NCBI GenBank assembly: GCA_903834515.1
Contig: CAILJM010000039.1
Location: forward strand, 10,600-74,599
DNA: 64,000 nt
Reading direction: 5' to 3'
DNA from: an uncultured Actinomycetes bacterium
GTDB lineage: Bacteria > Actinomycetota > Actinomycetes > Nanopelagicales > Nanopelagicaceae
Numbering within the stretch: position 1 is the stretch's first letter; each line of letters begins with the position of its first letter. The notes beneath the pieces were generated by a model. It saw only the letters and a list, made by a program, of their open reading frames with translations, had not been told where the DNA came from and ran no database searches. Shown here in pieces: positions 63,090-64,000 of the stretch. The translations under genes and the position numbers were made by a program.

Positions 63090-64000
63090 TTAAATCCACG
63101 ATGGCAACCACATGTGGTTGTACCAGCTTGAGTACGAAATAACTCCACCGAAGTAGAGCGGTGAGAAGTAGATAAAACAGAGCACAATGATTGCTAAATA
63201 TCCGTAGACATAGCGCTCACGAACTCTACGTTTTCCTTCATCCTCTAAGAATTTCGCGATGACGTAGCAGATCATCAAAATCAAAAATGGCTCAAAAGCG
63301 ATCGCGTAGAACGAGAACATGGTGCGCTTTTGGAAGGTAAACCACGGGATATAGCCGGCAACAAAGCTCAATAAGAGCAGGCCGCTCTGCCATTCACGGC
63401 GGGCCAACCAATAACCAAAAGTAATGGCGATAGCTGCAGTTGCGCTCCACCACAAGAATGGCGTGCCAAGACCGAGAATCTCCTGCGAACAACTCTTTGC
63501 TCCACATGTTTTAGGCGTGGCATAAAAGAAAGAGGTAGGACGGCCCATAACCAACCAGCTCCACGGATTCGCAGAGTACGAATGCTTATCTACGAGATTC
63601 TTATGAAAGTTGAGAATCTCTGCGTGATAATGCCAAAAGTTGCGAAGGATATTGTGTGACCAATTGCGATCCCAGCCCGTCGAAGTGATAAACCATCCGA
63701 ACCATGAAGCGATATATGTAACAACGGGCACGATTCCATATTGGAATGCTCTCGTGATGAAATTATTTTTCAACGTAAATTTCAATGCGGATGGCTCTTC
63801 CATGGCGCGCGCTTGGCGATAATCGGAATAGAGCATGAAGAAGAAGTAGGCGACGAAGAAGTAGAGGCCGCTCCACTTAACTCCTGCGGCGAGACCAAGG
63901 GAGACCCCGGCCAGCCAATGGCGCGAATTCAAGAGGAAGTAGAAACCGAGCAGAATAAAGAACATGAGGAAGATATCGAGGAGCGCAGTCCTCGAGTGCA
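63090..64000 (-). CDS. pmt: dolichyl/polyprenyl-phosphate-mannose protein mannosyltransferase (PMT family), C-terminal part; the gene continues past the window end
   Basis: It is polytopic with a typical PMT C-terminus (HYHAEILNFH, FYATP, YNHMWLPSWI). The reading frame stays open to nt 64000. Confidence 0.75.
   Translation of the reverse strand, partial: HSRTALLDIFLMFFILLGFYFLLNSRHWLAGVSLGLAAGVKWSGLYFFVAYFFFMLYSDYRQARAMEEPSALKFTLKNNFITRAFQYGIVPVVTYIASWFGWFITSTGWDRNWSHNILRNFWHYHAEILNFHKNLVDKHSYSANPWSWLVMGRPTSFFYATPKTCGAKSCSQEILGLGTPFLWWSATAAIAITFGYWLARREWQSGLLLLSFVAGYIPWFTFQKRTMFSFYAIAFEPFLILMICYVIAKFLEDEGKRRVRERYVYGYLAIIVLCFIYFSPLYFGGVISYSSWYNHMWLPSWI

Overview
This is a chromosomal window from an actinobacterium with moderate GC (about 50% by eye). 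It looks genome-streamlined, possibly a freshwater planktonic lineage such as Nanopelagicales, but that taxon guess is low confidence. About 85% of the window is conserved housekeeping core. The gene order matches well-known actinobacterial blocks, in three stretches. First: rpsI-glmM-glmS-acpS-alr, a Liv-type amino-acid ABC operon, tsaE-tsaB/rimI-tsaD, groES-groEL1, whiB3/whiD, and guaB-guaB3-guaA. Second: pcrA, sucCD-perM-purN-purH-folD, mdh-icd, msiK, groEL2, DUF3027-csp, serC-pdxH, citA and phr. Third: purU, MMPL/TetR, copC-copD, and 5-FCL-glp-rimJ-sepX/glpR-pmt. Genes are tightly packed, with many 1-4 nt start/stop overlaps. Several proteins show domain loss or fusion: an IMPDH without its CBS/Bateman domain, a Glp/MoeA-like protein without domain II, a TsaB-RimI fusion and a CopD-CtaG fusion. 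The clearly accessory part is about 44.4-53.4 kb. It holds a GGDEF membrane protein, a Tat-Rieske protein and a secreted protein of unknown function. Directly after a tRNA-Arg(CCU) lies a minus-strand cluster of about 6 kb. That cluster has two DUF3494 (ice-binding-like) surface proteins, a small dedicated sortase, a small hydrophilic helical protein and a large polytopic membrane protein with no family I can name. This cluster is my best candidate for an undescribed system. Regulatory elements I can read directly are two CIRCE (HrcA) operators, three or four hairpin terminators, and an unusual in-frame 18-bp triplication at a convergent gene junction. I saw no rRNA, CRISPR array, transposase or integrase. 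All homology calls come from motif recognition by eye, not from searches.
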